From Paraspadella gotoi (Eukaryota; Animalia; Chaetognatha), in assembly GCA_051294375.1 (NCBI GenBank), contig CM119268.1, positions 1,606,885 through 1,670,884 on the forward strand: 64,000 bases of DNA, read 5' to 3'. Below are positions 50,437 through 64,000 of the stretch, piece by piece; position 1 is the first letter of the stretch, and each line of letters opens with the position of its first letter. Both the position numbers and the translations under genes were made by a program. Under the pieces are notes generated by a model. It saw only the letters and a program-made list of their open reading frames with translations. It ran no database searches and had not been told where the DNA came from.

Positions 50437-51018
50437 AAGTACTATATTTAATATACAAAATTTAAGTTTTGGCTTAANNNNNNNNNNNNNNNNNNNNNNT
50501 TTAATACATAAAATTTTAATTTTCAGCTTAAAATATAGGTTTTTTCTATATTTGATCAACTTAAGGAAAGAATTTTTAAAAAAGAGTTATATTTCTTTAT
50601 ATCAACTTTTCATGACGAATCCAAATCTGCAAAAAAAAATCTTACAAAAAAACTATTTTGAAATTTTAACATTTATTGGATTAGTACTGGTATAAATATG
50701 TTCTACTGCATAAATTGTAAAATCTATTATAAAATTTGTTTATACATAAATGTTTAATAGTAAAATGATGTTCGATCCTCACTTTTTATAATTTTAATAT
50801 AGTTTAATTTTAATTTTAATTTAAGTTAAATTCAGCCAGATCTGCCGCCGCCGCCGCAGCAGCCGCAGTGGAGACGCGACGAGGCGGCGTCATTTCCCGC
50901 CGCTGCGACGCTGCGACGCTGTGACGCTGCGACGCTTCATTAGGCGCTCAACGGAGGAAGATGAAGAAAACGAATTTCCTTTCGAAAACGGAAGCGAGGA
51001 GAAAAACAAACAGAAAGC

Positions 51019-51032
51019 GTTACCATGGAAAC
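51019..51032. promoter_or_regulatory. RFX X-box GTTACCATGGAAAC
   Basis: Near-perfect palindromic X-box in a GC-rich island flanked by AT-rich DNA. Confidence 0.4.
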
Positions 51033-51524
51033 GTGGGATCGGGTTTTTACGGTTACGAACGAATGGGAGAACGAATGTGGCGACGACGACAATGATGAAG
51101 ACGATAGGAACGACGACGACGACGACGACGATAAACGCGCGTTTTTCATTGCAAATAACAAAAAAAGCTTTCGACGGATTTTTTGGCCAAAATTGAGGCA
51201 AAAAGTTTCTTTTTTTTTTCGAAAGAAATCAAATTCTGAAAATCAAATTTAAAAAATCGCGAAAGCCTGAATGCGTTTAGGAGGGAACACGTTAAAAGTG
51301 GTCAACTGCATCTAGTTTAAAGTTCCTATAGGTTACATTTATTATGTGTAAGAGCAATATCATACGTATTAATCAACTACCCACATCGGTTCCATTTAGA
51401 AAAATGACCACAATAATGATACTGACAACGATAACCATAATGAACGAGAAAAAAACATAACAAACAACAGAAATCGTGTTTTCCATTCCATCCTTTGGCT
51501 GAACGAAGCTAATTGAAAGAATCG

Positions 51525-51745
51525 TGATCGCGGCATTGAAAGCGACTTGATCGCGGCATTGAAAGCGACTTGATCGCGGCATTGGAAGCATCTTGATATC
51601 GGCATTGAAAGCATTTTTATCTCGACATTGAAAGCATCTTGATTGCGGCATTGGAAGCATCTTGATCTCGGCATTTAAATCATCTTGATCTCGGCATTTA
51701 AACCATCTTGATCGCGGCATTGAAAGCGTCTTGATCGCAGCATTA
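51525..51745. repeat. ~22-bp minisatellite (cttgatcgcggcattgaaagca)
   Basis: About 10 tandem units. Confidence 0.9.
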
Positions 51746-52854
51746 ATCGTCTCCCTTTTCTTTGAGGTAGAAAAGCTTTTTATCTCTCACTCTCCGATTC
51801 CAACACGTGACTGTCACGTGACTGTCAAGTGGTCTCGCACCATCTTTGAATAGCGTGATTTTTTTTCGCACGCGCGCTCGCATATATTCGTATGTGGGTT
51901 TCCTTTTCAGTGGGTTGAAATTGAAAGCTTCTTTTGTGATGATGTTATGTGCTTGGTACTGCTTGCTATAGGGTGAGCCTCGGCTCGTGTTATTCGGGAT
52001 TCAAATCAAGGTTTTAGAATGAGAGATATTTTATAAAATAGTGAGATCTCCGGTGTTTCTGGCGATTAAGCCAATGTGTAAAACTATTTGAAAACCAACG
52101 TGCATCTTCAACGCGCGAATAATTTTTGGCCCTAATGAATTCACAAGGGGCGAATATTTTGGCAGACGATGTCGTGACAATCTTCAGGTCGCACGTGACT
52201 GAAGTGAAGGCCGAAATCACAACTCGACTCCTGTCATTCACATTCACCCAAACTCCGATAATTGTTCCACCTACTCACGTCCGCTTTCTATCTCAATCAA
52301 GGAAAGAGTTTCGTGGACCAATCATCATTCTCTAAAAAAAAAAGTCTCATCGACCAATCGTAATCCGAGATTCCCGCAACAAACAAACAAAAATCGATGC
52401 GATTCGAATTTTCGATAAAAAAAAAACAAATGGCAGAGAAAATCATGGAACAGAAGAATTTGCGATTCCCAATATTTTCAAAATTTCTATTTTTAGTTTC
52501 AACTCCACCTTTTTTTTTTCCATCTTTGATATTCTTTAAGTATCTTTCTATCTCTTATTTCATTTGATAAAACGTCCTCTTTTTGGATTTAAAGCCTTTC
52601 ACTCAAAAGTAATTGATAATTCAATTTAATTTTCTCCCAGTCTCGTTTATTCACTCCCAGAGTACCTGGCTTCCCTATCTATGAAGTGGCATAATGTTTC
52701 AAAGAATGTTTCCATTGTATGAAAAGACTACCATTTCATATTTTCCTCTTTTCAATATTTTCCCAACAATATTTTCCTCTTCCTTGATTTCCTTTTCTTA
52801 TTTTCCCCATTCCACACCCACGCTTCCTCACCATTCCGGGCCCCGTCGTGCTCT

Positions 52855-52887
<33 letters not shown>

Positions 52888-53167
52888 GCTCTCTCTCTCT
52901 CGTCTCTCTCTCTCTCTCTCTCTCTCTCGCCCGTTGTCGGCCTCAAATTATTCTCGACACCAACTTTCGCTTTAACCAGTTCTCCAACCCTAAAATAACC
53001 ACCCCCGCAACCCCGGCAACCCTGCAACCCCTAACACCACCCCCTCGCTTCCGCCCCACCCCCCCTTCCACCCCTGTTTTCCTTCAGTTCTCAGTCGACT
53101 CGTTGTTGCTAACTCAGTGATAATGAGTTTCACACCTTTCGCACGCCCCACTTTCGCCTGGTTCCCT

Positions 53168-53235
<68 letters not shown>

Positions 53236-55107
53236 GGCCTGCATTGTTTTCCTGTTACTCTCTCTCCAAAATCTTACCCTCTCTTTCGCCTTAGAATTTC
53301 TCCTTTTTCTCCTAATTTCTTTTTTTTTTTCTTTTCTATCTATACTTCTCGGTGTCTCTTTGATTTCTCTCTTTTTCCTTTTTCTTTTCCTTTTACGATT
53401 CAATTTTCTCCTCGCCTCCTTTTCCTCCTCCTAGTCCTCCTCCTTCACTTCCTCCTCCTCCTCCTCCTCCTCCTCCTCGCAAAGCTTTCAGTCTTCTCGT
53501 TGCTTCGTCTTCTCACCTGATATTCTGCCCTTTGCTTTTCAGTTCCGATCCACGCTATCTCTCTTTCTCTCTGCTCCTTCTCTCTCACTCCGTCTTCTCT
53601 CCCCATCTCTTCTCTTTCTCATATCACTCTTCTTCCCCTCTGCTCTCTCCTCTCTTACTGTCTATCTCTCCTCTCAACTCAATCTCCTTCACGTCTAATC
53701 TTTTCTCCCTCTCTCTCACTCTTCCTCTTTCTCTCTCCCTCTCTCCTCTCCCCTTCTCCTCCTCGCCTCCTCTCTCTCTCTCTTTCTTTCATCTTTCCCA
53801 ACATTTCCCCATATTAACCCACTTTTTTTTTCTCTCCGAAAATCTTCTCGTCTTTCTCACAATCTCACGCTGACGGACCCATCGGCGCCATCCTTCCAAC
53901 TGCCCCTCCCCACCCCCCGCCCCCGCCCTTCTTTTCCCCAGGAAGAATTTTTCAACGCTTCCATCGAGCCCACAGCCCATCAATGCGACTCCCCCCTCCT
54001 CCCCCCCGCATCCTCACATCCTAGTCACTTCTTCCCCCCCCCCATCTCTCTCTCTCTCTCTCTCCCTTTCCGTCACGCCGTCGTTTTCTGAGTACCGGCC
54101 CTTCTTTCTTAGCGCCGGACTACGGAGAATGACAAGAAAGACAGACGAGAGTAGAGAGAGGAGAGTGAGGAGAGAGAAGAGAGGGAAGATGAGAGAGAGA
54201 GAGGGAGAGAGAGAGAAAGAAAGAAGGAAATGAAGGGAAAAAACATACGGAAAGAGAGAGAAAGAAATAGGGGAGAGAATGATAATGAATGAATGAAAAA
54301 AGAAAAGAAAGAAAGAAAAAGGTGGAGAAGAGAAAGAAACAGAGAAAAGAAAGAAAGAAAGAAGAGAAAGAAAGAAAGAAAGAAAGAAGGGAGTAAGAAA
54401 AGAAAGAAAAGAAAGAAAGAAAAAGAAAAATAGGAGAAAAAAAGGAAGAAAGAATGAAAGAAAGAAAGACCGAAATAGAAAGACCGGAGAGAGAGAGAGA
54501 GAGAGGAGAGAGGAGAGAGAGAGAGAGAGAGAGAGAAGAGAGAGAGAAGAGACGAGGGAGAACTGATCGAAGAGGGGGGAGGGAGGAGTAAATCTTCTCC
54601 CTGATCTCGTCCAACCTGAGCGGCGGACCTCCACCTTCCGCCTCCGGTCGAAATCCCTTTAGCCACACTAGCGCGCCGCAGATTGCAGGCCGTCTCAACG
54701 ACGATGGAGAGAGAGAGAGATGAAGAGAGAGAGATGAGGGAGAGAGAGAGAGAGCCGGAGCAAAAGAAAGAGAGCGAGAACGAGAGATAGAGAGAGAGAA
54801 AGAACAGCGAAAGAGAAACTGGAGAAAAGTAGAGAATTGGTCATATCGTACCGAAAAGAAAAAAAAGGGGAAAAGGTCAACTGTTTGACCTTTGACCTTT
54901 TCGGTCCCTCGCGGGCGTCGGCGCGACATCAAAGGACCGTTCTACGTTGGAGACATTTTGGATTCTCTGACGCGAGAAGAGTGATAGATAGGTTGGGGTG
55001 GGGATAGGAAAAGAGAGTTGTGATAGATAGGTTGGGGTGGGGATAGGAAAAGAGAGGTGTGATAGATAAGTGGGAGGTGTGATAGATAAAAAAAGGTCAC
55101 ATCAACC

Positions 55108-55324
55108 GATTTCATTCAGAAATGTAACAAGGAAAATGTGCTGCTGAATGCGATTTGATTCAGAATTGTAACAAGAAAAATATGCCGCTGAATGCGATTT
55201 GATTCAGAATCATAACAAGAAAAATGTTCCACTGAATGCAATTTGATTCAGAATCATAATAAGGAAAATGTGCCGCTGAATGCAATTTCATTCAGAAATG
55301 TAACAAGGAAAATGTGCTGCTGAA
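55108..55324. repeat. 44-bp minisatellite
   Basis: Five units of gatttgattcagaa...aaaatgtgc.gctgaatgc. Confidence 0.9.
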
Positions 55325-58300
55325 ATATTATTGTTCTTTTACAACCAAATTGACTTATGATGTTAAATTTTCCTCCGCATGGAAGCATTTTTAATAATTT
55401 AACAATATTTAAGAAATGCTTAAAATTTTTGACATTATATAGTATTTGGATAATATAAAAATAAAATCCATGCTTTTAACTATAGATAATATAAATTTTT
55501 TTTATTTTCATGATCTTTAATAAATACAATATAATAATAATAATAATAATATAATAATAATAATAATAATAATTATAATAATAATAATATAATAACAATA
55601 ATTATAATAATAATAATATAAACAATATTTATACCCGACTTCTTTTAGTTTGGAACCTGTTATGTCTTATTCTCTATCTTCCTTCCTTTCACTTTCTAGG
55701 AAATTCCGTATTTCGTTCATTTTCAAATTCATTTCTCAATCTCATTCTTATTTTGTTTGTTTGCATTTGTTTCTCAATCTCATTCTCAATCTTATTCCTT
55801 TTTTCATTCGTTTTTAATTAATTTCCTAAATCTCATTCCATTATTTCGTTTCGTGTTATACAATTCATTTTTCAATCTAAATTTTCTTCCAATCTCGTTT
55901 TTATTTTCATTCAGTTTTCAATCTCGTTTTCTTATCTCAATTCTTCAAATACTTCATTCCTTTATTTCATTCATTTTCAATCTTCATTTCTCAATCATCA
56001 TTCCTTATTTCATTCATTTCCTCAATCTCATTTCCTTTATTTTGTTTCGTTTCAATTAGTTTCTTAATCTATTTCTTAAGTTTCATTCGCTTATTCATTT
56101 TCATTTCATTCGTTCTCATCTCATTCTTATATCTCATTCCTTATTTGGTTTGCTTTTCAATTCCCTTTCGCCAAATCTCTATTCCTATTTCGTTCATTTC
56201 CAACTGTCGGTTTCTCATTCTCATCGCTAATAGTTTTGTCGTCGTTTTTATATTCTTGTTTCTCAATCTCAATTGAGATTATTTCGTCGTTTTCAATTTC
56301 AAATTTCCAAGTGTTCAATTTTTTTTTCTTGCGTGTCATCGCTCTTATATTTAATCATAGTTGCTTACGGGATTGCCCTCGAGAATTGTCTTTTTTCCAG
56401 ATTTTCCTCGAACGATTACAAGAGATTCACTTGACATCAGAATCACACCATCCCTAGTAATTCACGTTATGTCACAATTCACACCCTCGGCCTCTAACCC
56501 ACAATCGCAATATTTAGATTCAGTCGTACGTTTGTTAGACACAGTCTGCCATTCCCATCATTGCATTTCGCGTCCTCTAACAGAGTATCAGGAATTTATA
56601 AATATTTAGTTAATTTCGAAATAGTGAATATTCGGTATTATAATCGTGAATACCAATAATCGTGTACCTAGCTTAAATTTGCAAACTTTCTGGTTCCTCT
56701 ATTCTTATGCATTTCATTGTGATATTTAGTTCTTAAATCTGATTGGACGAGATCTCTTTCTGACCAGATTATTTGGATGAGTGATTCTCAAAAGTCGGGA
56801 AAGTCGGTTTTTAGATTGTCTATTTAAATTTAAAGTATAAACCCAGGGCAAGTAGATGCTTTAAACTTTTAGGGTGGGATTTGCCCAGGATACTGTTACA
56901 TGCCGTCTCTGTAGGTCGGAACATGATGTAAATATTTGTAACTTCTCTTGAAATGAATTCTAATCATTGACAAGTTATTTCTATTTTGTACAGCTTGAGC
57001 GTAAGCGTCCTATCGTAGCCTCTCTCTACAATGGCATCGTGCTTTTATTTCTCTAATAACTGCGAGAGCTGCAGTTGCTACATGCGTTTCGTCTGTTAGG
57101 TTCTTATGTTTGAGATCTTCATGATTTTGCGCATATCGATTCTTTCATTTGGTGTGACGTATGGTGAAATGGCGCTTCGCCCAGTGAAATCCTAGCAAGT
57201 GACTAAATTAGGTGTTAAGCTCAAGATGCTGTCACAAATCTAGATGTACTTGTTAATGACGAATAAGCGCGCCTACTTATAGGTGCTCAAATTAAGAGGG
57301 GTAGAATGAGGGGAATATTTTAAATCTTAATCAAGGGTTCGTGCATATGCAATCATAAGAGATGTCATACTTATTTTTATATTTACTTACAATATGTGAT
57401 GTCAGTTAGCTTCGTACTTTAACTTTGGTGTGTTCCCTTGTATGATACATTTGTCTTATCTTACGACTTTGTAATCTTGCGACCTTCTCCTCTAGCTTGA
57501 AAGAGCGTGAACCGAAGGTTTTCGGAGCTTTTCTCTACCAATTATTATTCTTTAATTATTTAATGAAGAATCCTTACTTTGTTGCTTCTATGTAGTATGG
57601 TATTCATAATGTCTATAGTTACATGTGAATGGTATCTACTGGTTTCTATGCTATAGTTATATGATGATCATGTGCTTAGATCTCCAGTGTCTAGAGAGAG
57701 GTATATCAATTTCACGATCTTCTCCAGATGATCGATTGATTAATGGATAAAGATTGATAGAGTGTTAACGTGCATCTATTAGTCTAATTCACTTTTGTAT
57801 CACCGTATATTCTTATCGTTCCTCGAATACTATTACATAGCAATTTATCGAGACAAATAATGTAATTAGAACATTATTCGTGACTGAAAGTATGCGACTA
57901 AGGCTAAAACATATAAGTATGGGCTGAATTTTAGGTTCTGATAAAATATGTCGTATAAACTTAAGGACGTGTCTATCGATATTTCGTGATAACTTATTAT
58001 ATCGTGGAGATTTGAATATATGATTGTGATTCATCTTTGAAGTATTTGTTTAATGATTCAGAATATTCTTTCTTTCTAGCTCTTTAACCTAGCTATAGCT
58101 GCATGAGTACAGGCGCAATTGCTGTCTCATTGAAGAACGAGGGCTATGTTGATTATGCAATAGAAGATGTGCTGCAAAGAGAAGCTATAGTGGTGAAGGG
58201 ATCAAGGTAACAGAAGACTATGAGCTTCGAATGAGTGGTATGCCTCTATTACTTATGCCAGAGACTAATCTAAGTATAATAGACGAGAATACTCTGGATA

Positions 58301-59479
58301 AACAGGTCAGTGAGATTACTGGTGATTCTGATAAACTCCAATATACGTGTGAAGCATCTCTCTGTTATATATTCATAGTTAAATCTATGTATCTACATAT
58401 TCCGTACGCCATACTTTATGGTTATAAATACTATTATTTAGATAGTTATTTTCCTACTCCCTACATACCCTGTATCCTTGATTATGAGTTTTAACGCTTA
58501 AATTTATCATGTGTTGACCACCAGTCTAGTAATAGTGAGGTATGTGTATATATTCTTCACTATTCGTGCCATGTTACGTGATAAAGATTAAAAGTAAGTT
58601 AAATTATGATTAGCGATATATAAACAAAAGTGGAATTACGAGCTATAAAGTTAACTCGAAAGGTAACATCAAGATAACTAACAGATGACGCATGCGGATA
58701 TGTCAATCTATCGGTCACCGCTTGAATTTGAGAGAATAAAACTAGGGTTTAGGTATGCTACGTAAATTACAAATTAAGAGACGACGTAGCGTGGTGAACA
58801 CGTATATGCTGCGTTATTGTATTATGTGCTAGATTTGTCTTTATTCTAGGTTTATTTGTTCAAAATAATTGATAATTAGGTGAATTTTAAATTGGCCCGG
58901 AAGTCCTATTGAGACGTTACGTAGCTCACTTATCTCCAGTGGAGAAGATGAATAAGAGTCAGCAAGCTTCAGAGATTCCTGTGTGAGGTACTTGCAGATT
59001 TCGTGATTTGCGTCCACCTCCGCTTGCACAAAGGTTGCGGTAGCGAGCCTCGACGCACGAGACATTAGTGCGGTATCCTGATATACGTGTCCTCGCAGTG
59101 TCGTCAGTTGCAAATAATGACGCCGTTGAGGAGTATTGTTTCCAAACGCCGCGGCCGCCGCGATCGCTTTCGTTCGTCCTCGTCCGCCTGGCGTCGGCGC
59201 CGTTCGTCCGTCAGAAGCGGATTTTGCCGTCTTCGGCGCTAAGCACGCCGCATCCTCCCGGGCTCAGTTCTCTAGATTCTTAGGAGTGTAGTAACCATAT
59301 CATGAGATCCTACACCGTGTGCAGCTTAGCTTGACGATGCCGACTCGTCCCGACTCTTGATTTCCAGTAATGGCACAATGGTCTATCTCTCTCACTCGCA
59401 GGCATCAAAGGTGGAGCCGCCTTCCCGGTCCCGTCGCGTCTCGTCCGGCAAGACTTTTCTCACGCGTGCCACAGGCCTG

Positions 59480-59653
59480 AGAGCAGCACCTCACCCTCAA
59501 CGACATAGGAGAGCTCGCCAATTAGCCTCGTTGCCAGCGTTCCCTGCACGTGGTGATCTCCGCATCCTCTCGTCTGCTATGTGGCGCCTTGCCAGACACA
59601 AGACTTGTTTTATTGCAGATGACCAGAACGAGCTGTGGCGCCGCTTGGAGTGA
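59480..59653 (+). pseudogene. F-box-like motif in garbled GC-rich sequence
   Basis: Frames combine to HLTLNDI..EL....GDLRILSS....CFIADDQNELWRRL, resembling the F-box consensus ending IAxDxxLWRRL. Confidence 0.3.
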
Positions 59654-60789
59654 TATGACAGAATCAAGTGTTCAGGGATGGCCCGCAGCCTAGATTTCAG
59701 ACGTGATTTAGCCATGTCAGAAGAGCAATGAGAGGTCTGAGTCACTGAGATGCAATGTATGAAACAGAGCGTGCAAGACTATCTCCCGGACTTGTAATTC
59801 AGGGAACAAATCCTGTCACACGAGTTTATATTGCACAAGCATCCTGACGTGGGAATTGGGAACCGAACAAGAAGGGGTCCTAAGCGTGCAATTTGAAGAA
59901 CAGACGAGTGTTATGGTGACCGCGGCCGCGAGGCAAGTTTTCGTGAAGGCCGAAGTCCGGTTTGACCGTTGATCGGGGGAGGGGGGTCGTCACAGGCTCT
60001 TGCTTTCTTGGGGCCACTAATCTATCGAGTTGACTATCGCGAGATGGACAGGCGATTGGGAGAGTAGTGATCGCCAACGACACTGCGGTTGTCTTGAGAG
60101 AGGATATAGGAGGGATGAGATATAGGAATTGATTGATATTAATTAATGAGTTACGTAATATATTCGTCTCCCTATTTAATTGGATCTATAGTTGTAAAAT
60201 GACTTTACTGCAAATAGTCTATTTCTTCCGTTTTGTTGGAGCTTAATCGAAGCAGAGGCTATAGATATTATTTTGACGCGCTCTGAACTTCGTTGAGACA
60301 TCTCTGATGCCGGCAACGGCAGTGGGGCGCTCAATGGAAGCAGTCAATACGGAACGAGTATGACTTTAAGTGAAGACCGTGAAGGTCGCAGCCATTGTGA
60401 GTAGCAGTGTATAGAGAAGAATGAGTGGTGAAATGGAGATGGCATCGTATAACTATCGGTATTGAACAGACAGATGCGGTTGTGTATTTTGGCTTTAAAA
60501 ATTTTGTTGATTTCGGTGGATGTTACGTCAAAGAAACTAGTGGAAGTCGTGTAGTCCATAATCCGTCGGGCCCTGTAGGTCGCCTCTGTACGGGATCAAG
60601 TACGTGTGACGAAGCTAAGAAAAGGAGAGGTCCAACCACGGCATGACTAAAGTCGGGGTACTGGACCGGGTTTTTCATCTAAGACAGCGGATTGACGACG
60701 AGTTCCGACGAACTAAGACCTCTTTCCCGCATTCTTTAAGTGTCAAAGCACACCGTAATTGTCTTCTCAATCTACTAATCAAAGCGCGA

Positions 60790-62620
60790 TTAAGTTAAAT
60801 GTAATGGTTTGTGAAGAAGCACAATTCAAATTTTTAAGTGTAACCCTACAAATTTTTAGCCTATAAATTATATGACTCAACGTTAAATGATCTGAAAATA
60901 AGAGATTATGTTACAAATGTCTTAAATTTAATCATATTTCATCTGGAATGTCGTTCAACCATTTAGTTGTGAAAAATTGTAAAGGAACACCCAGCCGAAT
61001 TGTGGATATCCTTCTCCACCGTGAACGGTCAGGTTTCACCAGGAAATTCGTCTTCCCACAACTGATGACGCCGACAGGTCGCAGAGCGCTTTCGGCAAGA
61101 TATCAGCCTACCATCTATTTCAGGCTCGTGGTTGGAGTGTTAGGACCGAGGAGGAGAGAGGAAGTAATAGTGGCGGTTCTCAGTGTGATATGAGGGAGAT
61201 GTGAGTTGTTTTTTTTGTCATGGGGATATATATTGGCTTAATTTATTTTTAAAACTGTGAATGCCTTACTTGATTCTGGTTAGGCAACCGTACTTGCGTT
61301 CTAAAACATAATTCAGTTTAACAGGCATTGAGTTCTCTACCATAAAGAAAAAATGCAAGGTTTCGACTAGATGCACTGTGAAAAATAGAGAGATAGAACT
61401 AACAACTAATGATTTATTATGGCTCTCTGTATTGATGATTTATGAAGTGAAGCAGCTAACGATGTGATTATTATTATTTCTTTTTGTTTTTGGTGCAAAG
61501 TGTATTTATCTAATGGAAAACCCTTCTTCTCCCAACTCAAGATTTATAACCTAATTAAACATTGAACACTTACGCGGAATTCAAATTAGGCAGAAATTCG
61601 AGACACTGACGAAATTGACGTCATAAATTGGAACAGATTCATTTTTCCTCTTTTCTCCCAGCTGATGGTGAAATTCGCCGTGGCAGCAATGATGCTCCCA
61701 TCGCCTTTAAAACCAAATGGGGTTCTGGGCAGTTGCTGGTTTTTTTTTTTCCTAACCAAGGTTTAACTGGATCTTGATTATATTTCTTAGGAAATCTTAA
61801 ATGTGATTTGCATCACAGATTGATTAACTATTTCACTTTCCAAACAATTTACAGTGAAATAATTTTTTCAGCATGATTTAACGATGACCCTTTTTTGAAA
61901 AGGTGATGGTCGTTTCTCAAAAATGATAAGAAAAAAATTAACACGTCTTAAATATTGTTTAGACGAATTCAATAATAACATAAGAGAGATTTTGTTAGAT
62001 AAGTCATTATTTTATAAAGTGTGTGAATTCCCATCGGAATTATCCGCAATTGAAGGTCAATGGTTGTTAATGAGACATGCAAAATTATTTAATTCAGTTA
62101 ATTTAGCGCACAGCTAATGGCCAGCCAAGTCGACCTTACACGCCGAAATGAATAGCCGTATCACTCTGACTTCCGAAACTGGAGGAGACAGACTTGTGCT
62201 CATTCAGTGATATATTAGCCTTCTCCTTAGACCATAGTGAAAACTGGATTCTAAGTGGTACTGGTGTTGCGTTTTTTTTTGCACTTTTGACAATAAGTTG
62301 AAGACTGTCGACTGCCGATATAAGAAACTGGGTCGAGAGAATCCAATTGGACAATGCCATTTATATTTCTTGTTTTCTAAAGAAGAAAAGCCCAGGAAAA
62401 ATGTACGTGTCTTCATGACGCTAAACTGGTGTTAATGGTCAAGGTATCTCTTTTTATGAATATATTCCTCTTTTGCGCTTTTTTAAGGTACCTGACCTCT
62501 GCAGAATAATTTAGCAGAGTTGTTTATACTAGGGTTAGGCAACATCCCATTATTTTAATGGCCGCGATATAAAAGGATCTTTCTGATATATCAGATGTTC
62601 TGTGTTATCGACGAAATGAA
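60790..62620 (+). mobile_element. BEL/Pao LTR retrotransposon gag-pol, degenerate or error-laden
   Basis: In order: zinc knuckle KRLCYKCLKFNHISS(E)CRST (60900), second C..C...H..LLH, protease VNALLDSG (61257-61280), HLRGIQ..EIDVI.G.D..GEIRRGSNDAPIAFKTKWG (~61570-61725), RT motifs KPGK.VRVF.DA and GPDL..NNL...RQHPIILMA.DIK (~62385-62575). Many frameshifts; LTRs not seen. Confidence 0.8.
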
Positions 62621-63339
62621 AATATGGAGTATGTGATGATAACTTACCTAACTATTTGATTTTTGGCCCTTAGATTGTGTTGAGGAAGATTACCGTTAGA
62701 ATTTCTGCTTTGGAAGGTACATTCAGATGAGGTTGAGATTAAAGTCATGAAAAAGGATTGACAATATATTTTTTGATGGGTGTAAGTAGCCGGGCACGAA
62801 GCGATTGAATATTAGCATTGTCTTTTGTTGGCTCTAGTTCAAAAGCTCAGGGGCTGATGGATGGAGGACCTGGTAATTGTAATAAAGATCGGGGTTAAGA
62901 AAGCTTGAGAAATACATTATTTGCGTGTAAGACATGTATTGAATTCGTACATATCTACGGAGTGAATTATAATTAGTAACTTAATTAATATTTAATGCGA
63001 CAAGTTATAGTATGGACGTGTGAAACCATTAATTAAACGTCCTAATGTATATTTTGGCGTAATTGTAAAAATATAGTATTTGTGATTAGAATTTATGATC
63101 TATATGATTCATTAAAATTGATTCTGTGACAGTCCANNNNNNNNNNNNNNNNNNNNNNNNNTTTTATTGCAGACCGTTTCATATTGTAAAAAATGTTAAA
63201 TTGTGTCCCGCCTTAATAGAGAATGGGGAGCAGAACAAGAGTGAAAATACGAATAAATGTGAATCCCGTCTTAGTAGAGATACGGTGAGACGAATTGGAA
63301 GGCCTGGTCTGAGATCGTGAACGCCAAAGAAACAGGGAA

Positions 63340-63620
63340 CGTAAATGAGGTGGTGGAAAAAGGTGGAATCGTCTAAAATTAGGCGTAGGAAAACTGGAAA
63401 CGTTTAAAGAGGTGGTGGAAAAAGGTGGAAATGTCGATCAAGTGCCATAGGAAAGATGGAATCGTCAATGAGGTGGTGGAAAAAGGTGGAATCGTCTAAA
63501 AAAGTTGCGAAGGCAAAGTGGAATTATCAATGAGGTTGTGGAAAAAGGTGGAATCACCCTAAAATAGGCCTATGAAAAGTGGAATCGTCAATGAGGTGGT
63601 GAAAAAAGGTGGAAATGTGG
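63340..63620. repeat. ~61-bp minisatellite
   Basis: gaggtggtggaaaaaggtggaa recurs at ~63347, 63409, 63470, 63532 and 63593. Confidence 0.85.
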
Positions 63621-64000
63621 ATAATGGGGCCGAGGTAAAGTGGTCTAGAGTGGCGACGTCGGATTTGAAAGGCGAAGACAGAAAATGGATCGCAGGGTCA
63701 TTCCTTGGTTCCGCTTTTAAGCAAAGAGCAAGAAGAGAAAAAAATGCATAAAAAAGAGAGGGAATGAAGAGAGAGAGAGAGAGAGAGAGAGACGCCAAAC
63801 TTGTTCGCATCAGTTTCTCCTTTTCTTCTTTTGATTTTCTTTTCAGTTGAATAAACGAAGAAAAAAATCACGAAGCGACGAATCAGAAAATCTTTGTATC
63901 ACAAACTCGCTCCACTGATTCTCCGTCAAAACACAAGAACTTGCGAAGCGGCTCTAAAAGTCACTTGTCGGTCAGTCGGTCGGTAGGTCCGTAAGTCCGA

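Noticed and set aside
51525-51745. CRISPR-like regular repeats (also 39975, 55108, 63340)
   Set aside because: Head-to-tail minisatellites without unique spacers; eukaryotic context and no cas genes.
54580-54960. Possible exon of the RhoGAP C-terminus
   Set aside because: No recognisable BAR/RhoGAP motif; strand and frame are ambiguous amid (AG)n.

Overview
Repeat-dense animal (metazoan) genomic DNA from a draft, gapped, indel-prone assembly. It is AT-rich with abundant (AG)n/(GAC)n microsatellites and many N gaps. Most long ORFs in the six-frame track are microsatellite or N artefacts. Supportable genes: (i) the first two exons of an ARHGAP17/44/SH3BP1-type N-BAR RhoGAP gene on + (34857-35025, 46122-46250; ~11 kb first intron); (ii) a multi-exon Cys-rich, probably secreted/GPI-type protein on - (24670-27858) with a GC-AG intron; (iii) two small KR-cleaved propeptide-like genes on - (31124-31405, 33138-33220) sharing a duplicated 3' region; (iv) a Thr/Pro-rich ORF inside a ~9 kb tandem duplication (6241-14929 / 15406-23560). 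Weaker calls are GPCR-like and F-box-like fragments. Mobile DNA: a degenerate BEL/Pao LTR retrotransposon (60790-62620), two DINE-1/HINE-like non-autonomous Helentron families, a tRNA-SINE, and two unusual families that embed a tRNA-like Pol III module inside non-SINE termini. One has TG..CA ends, a 4-bp TSD and an empty paralogous site; the other has subterminal inverted repeats and a terminal hairpin. Also present: an orphan 3' half of tRNA-Leu, several minisatellites and multiple RFX X-boxes. All homology calls are from recalled motifs; no searches were run.
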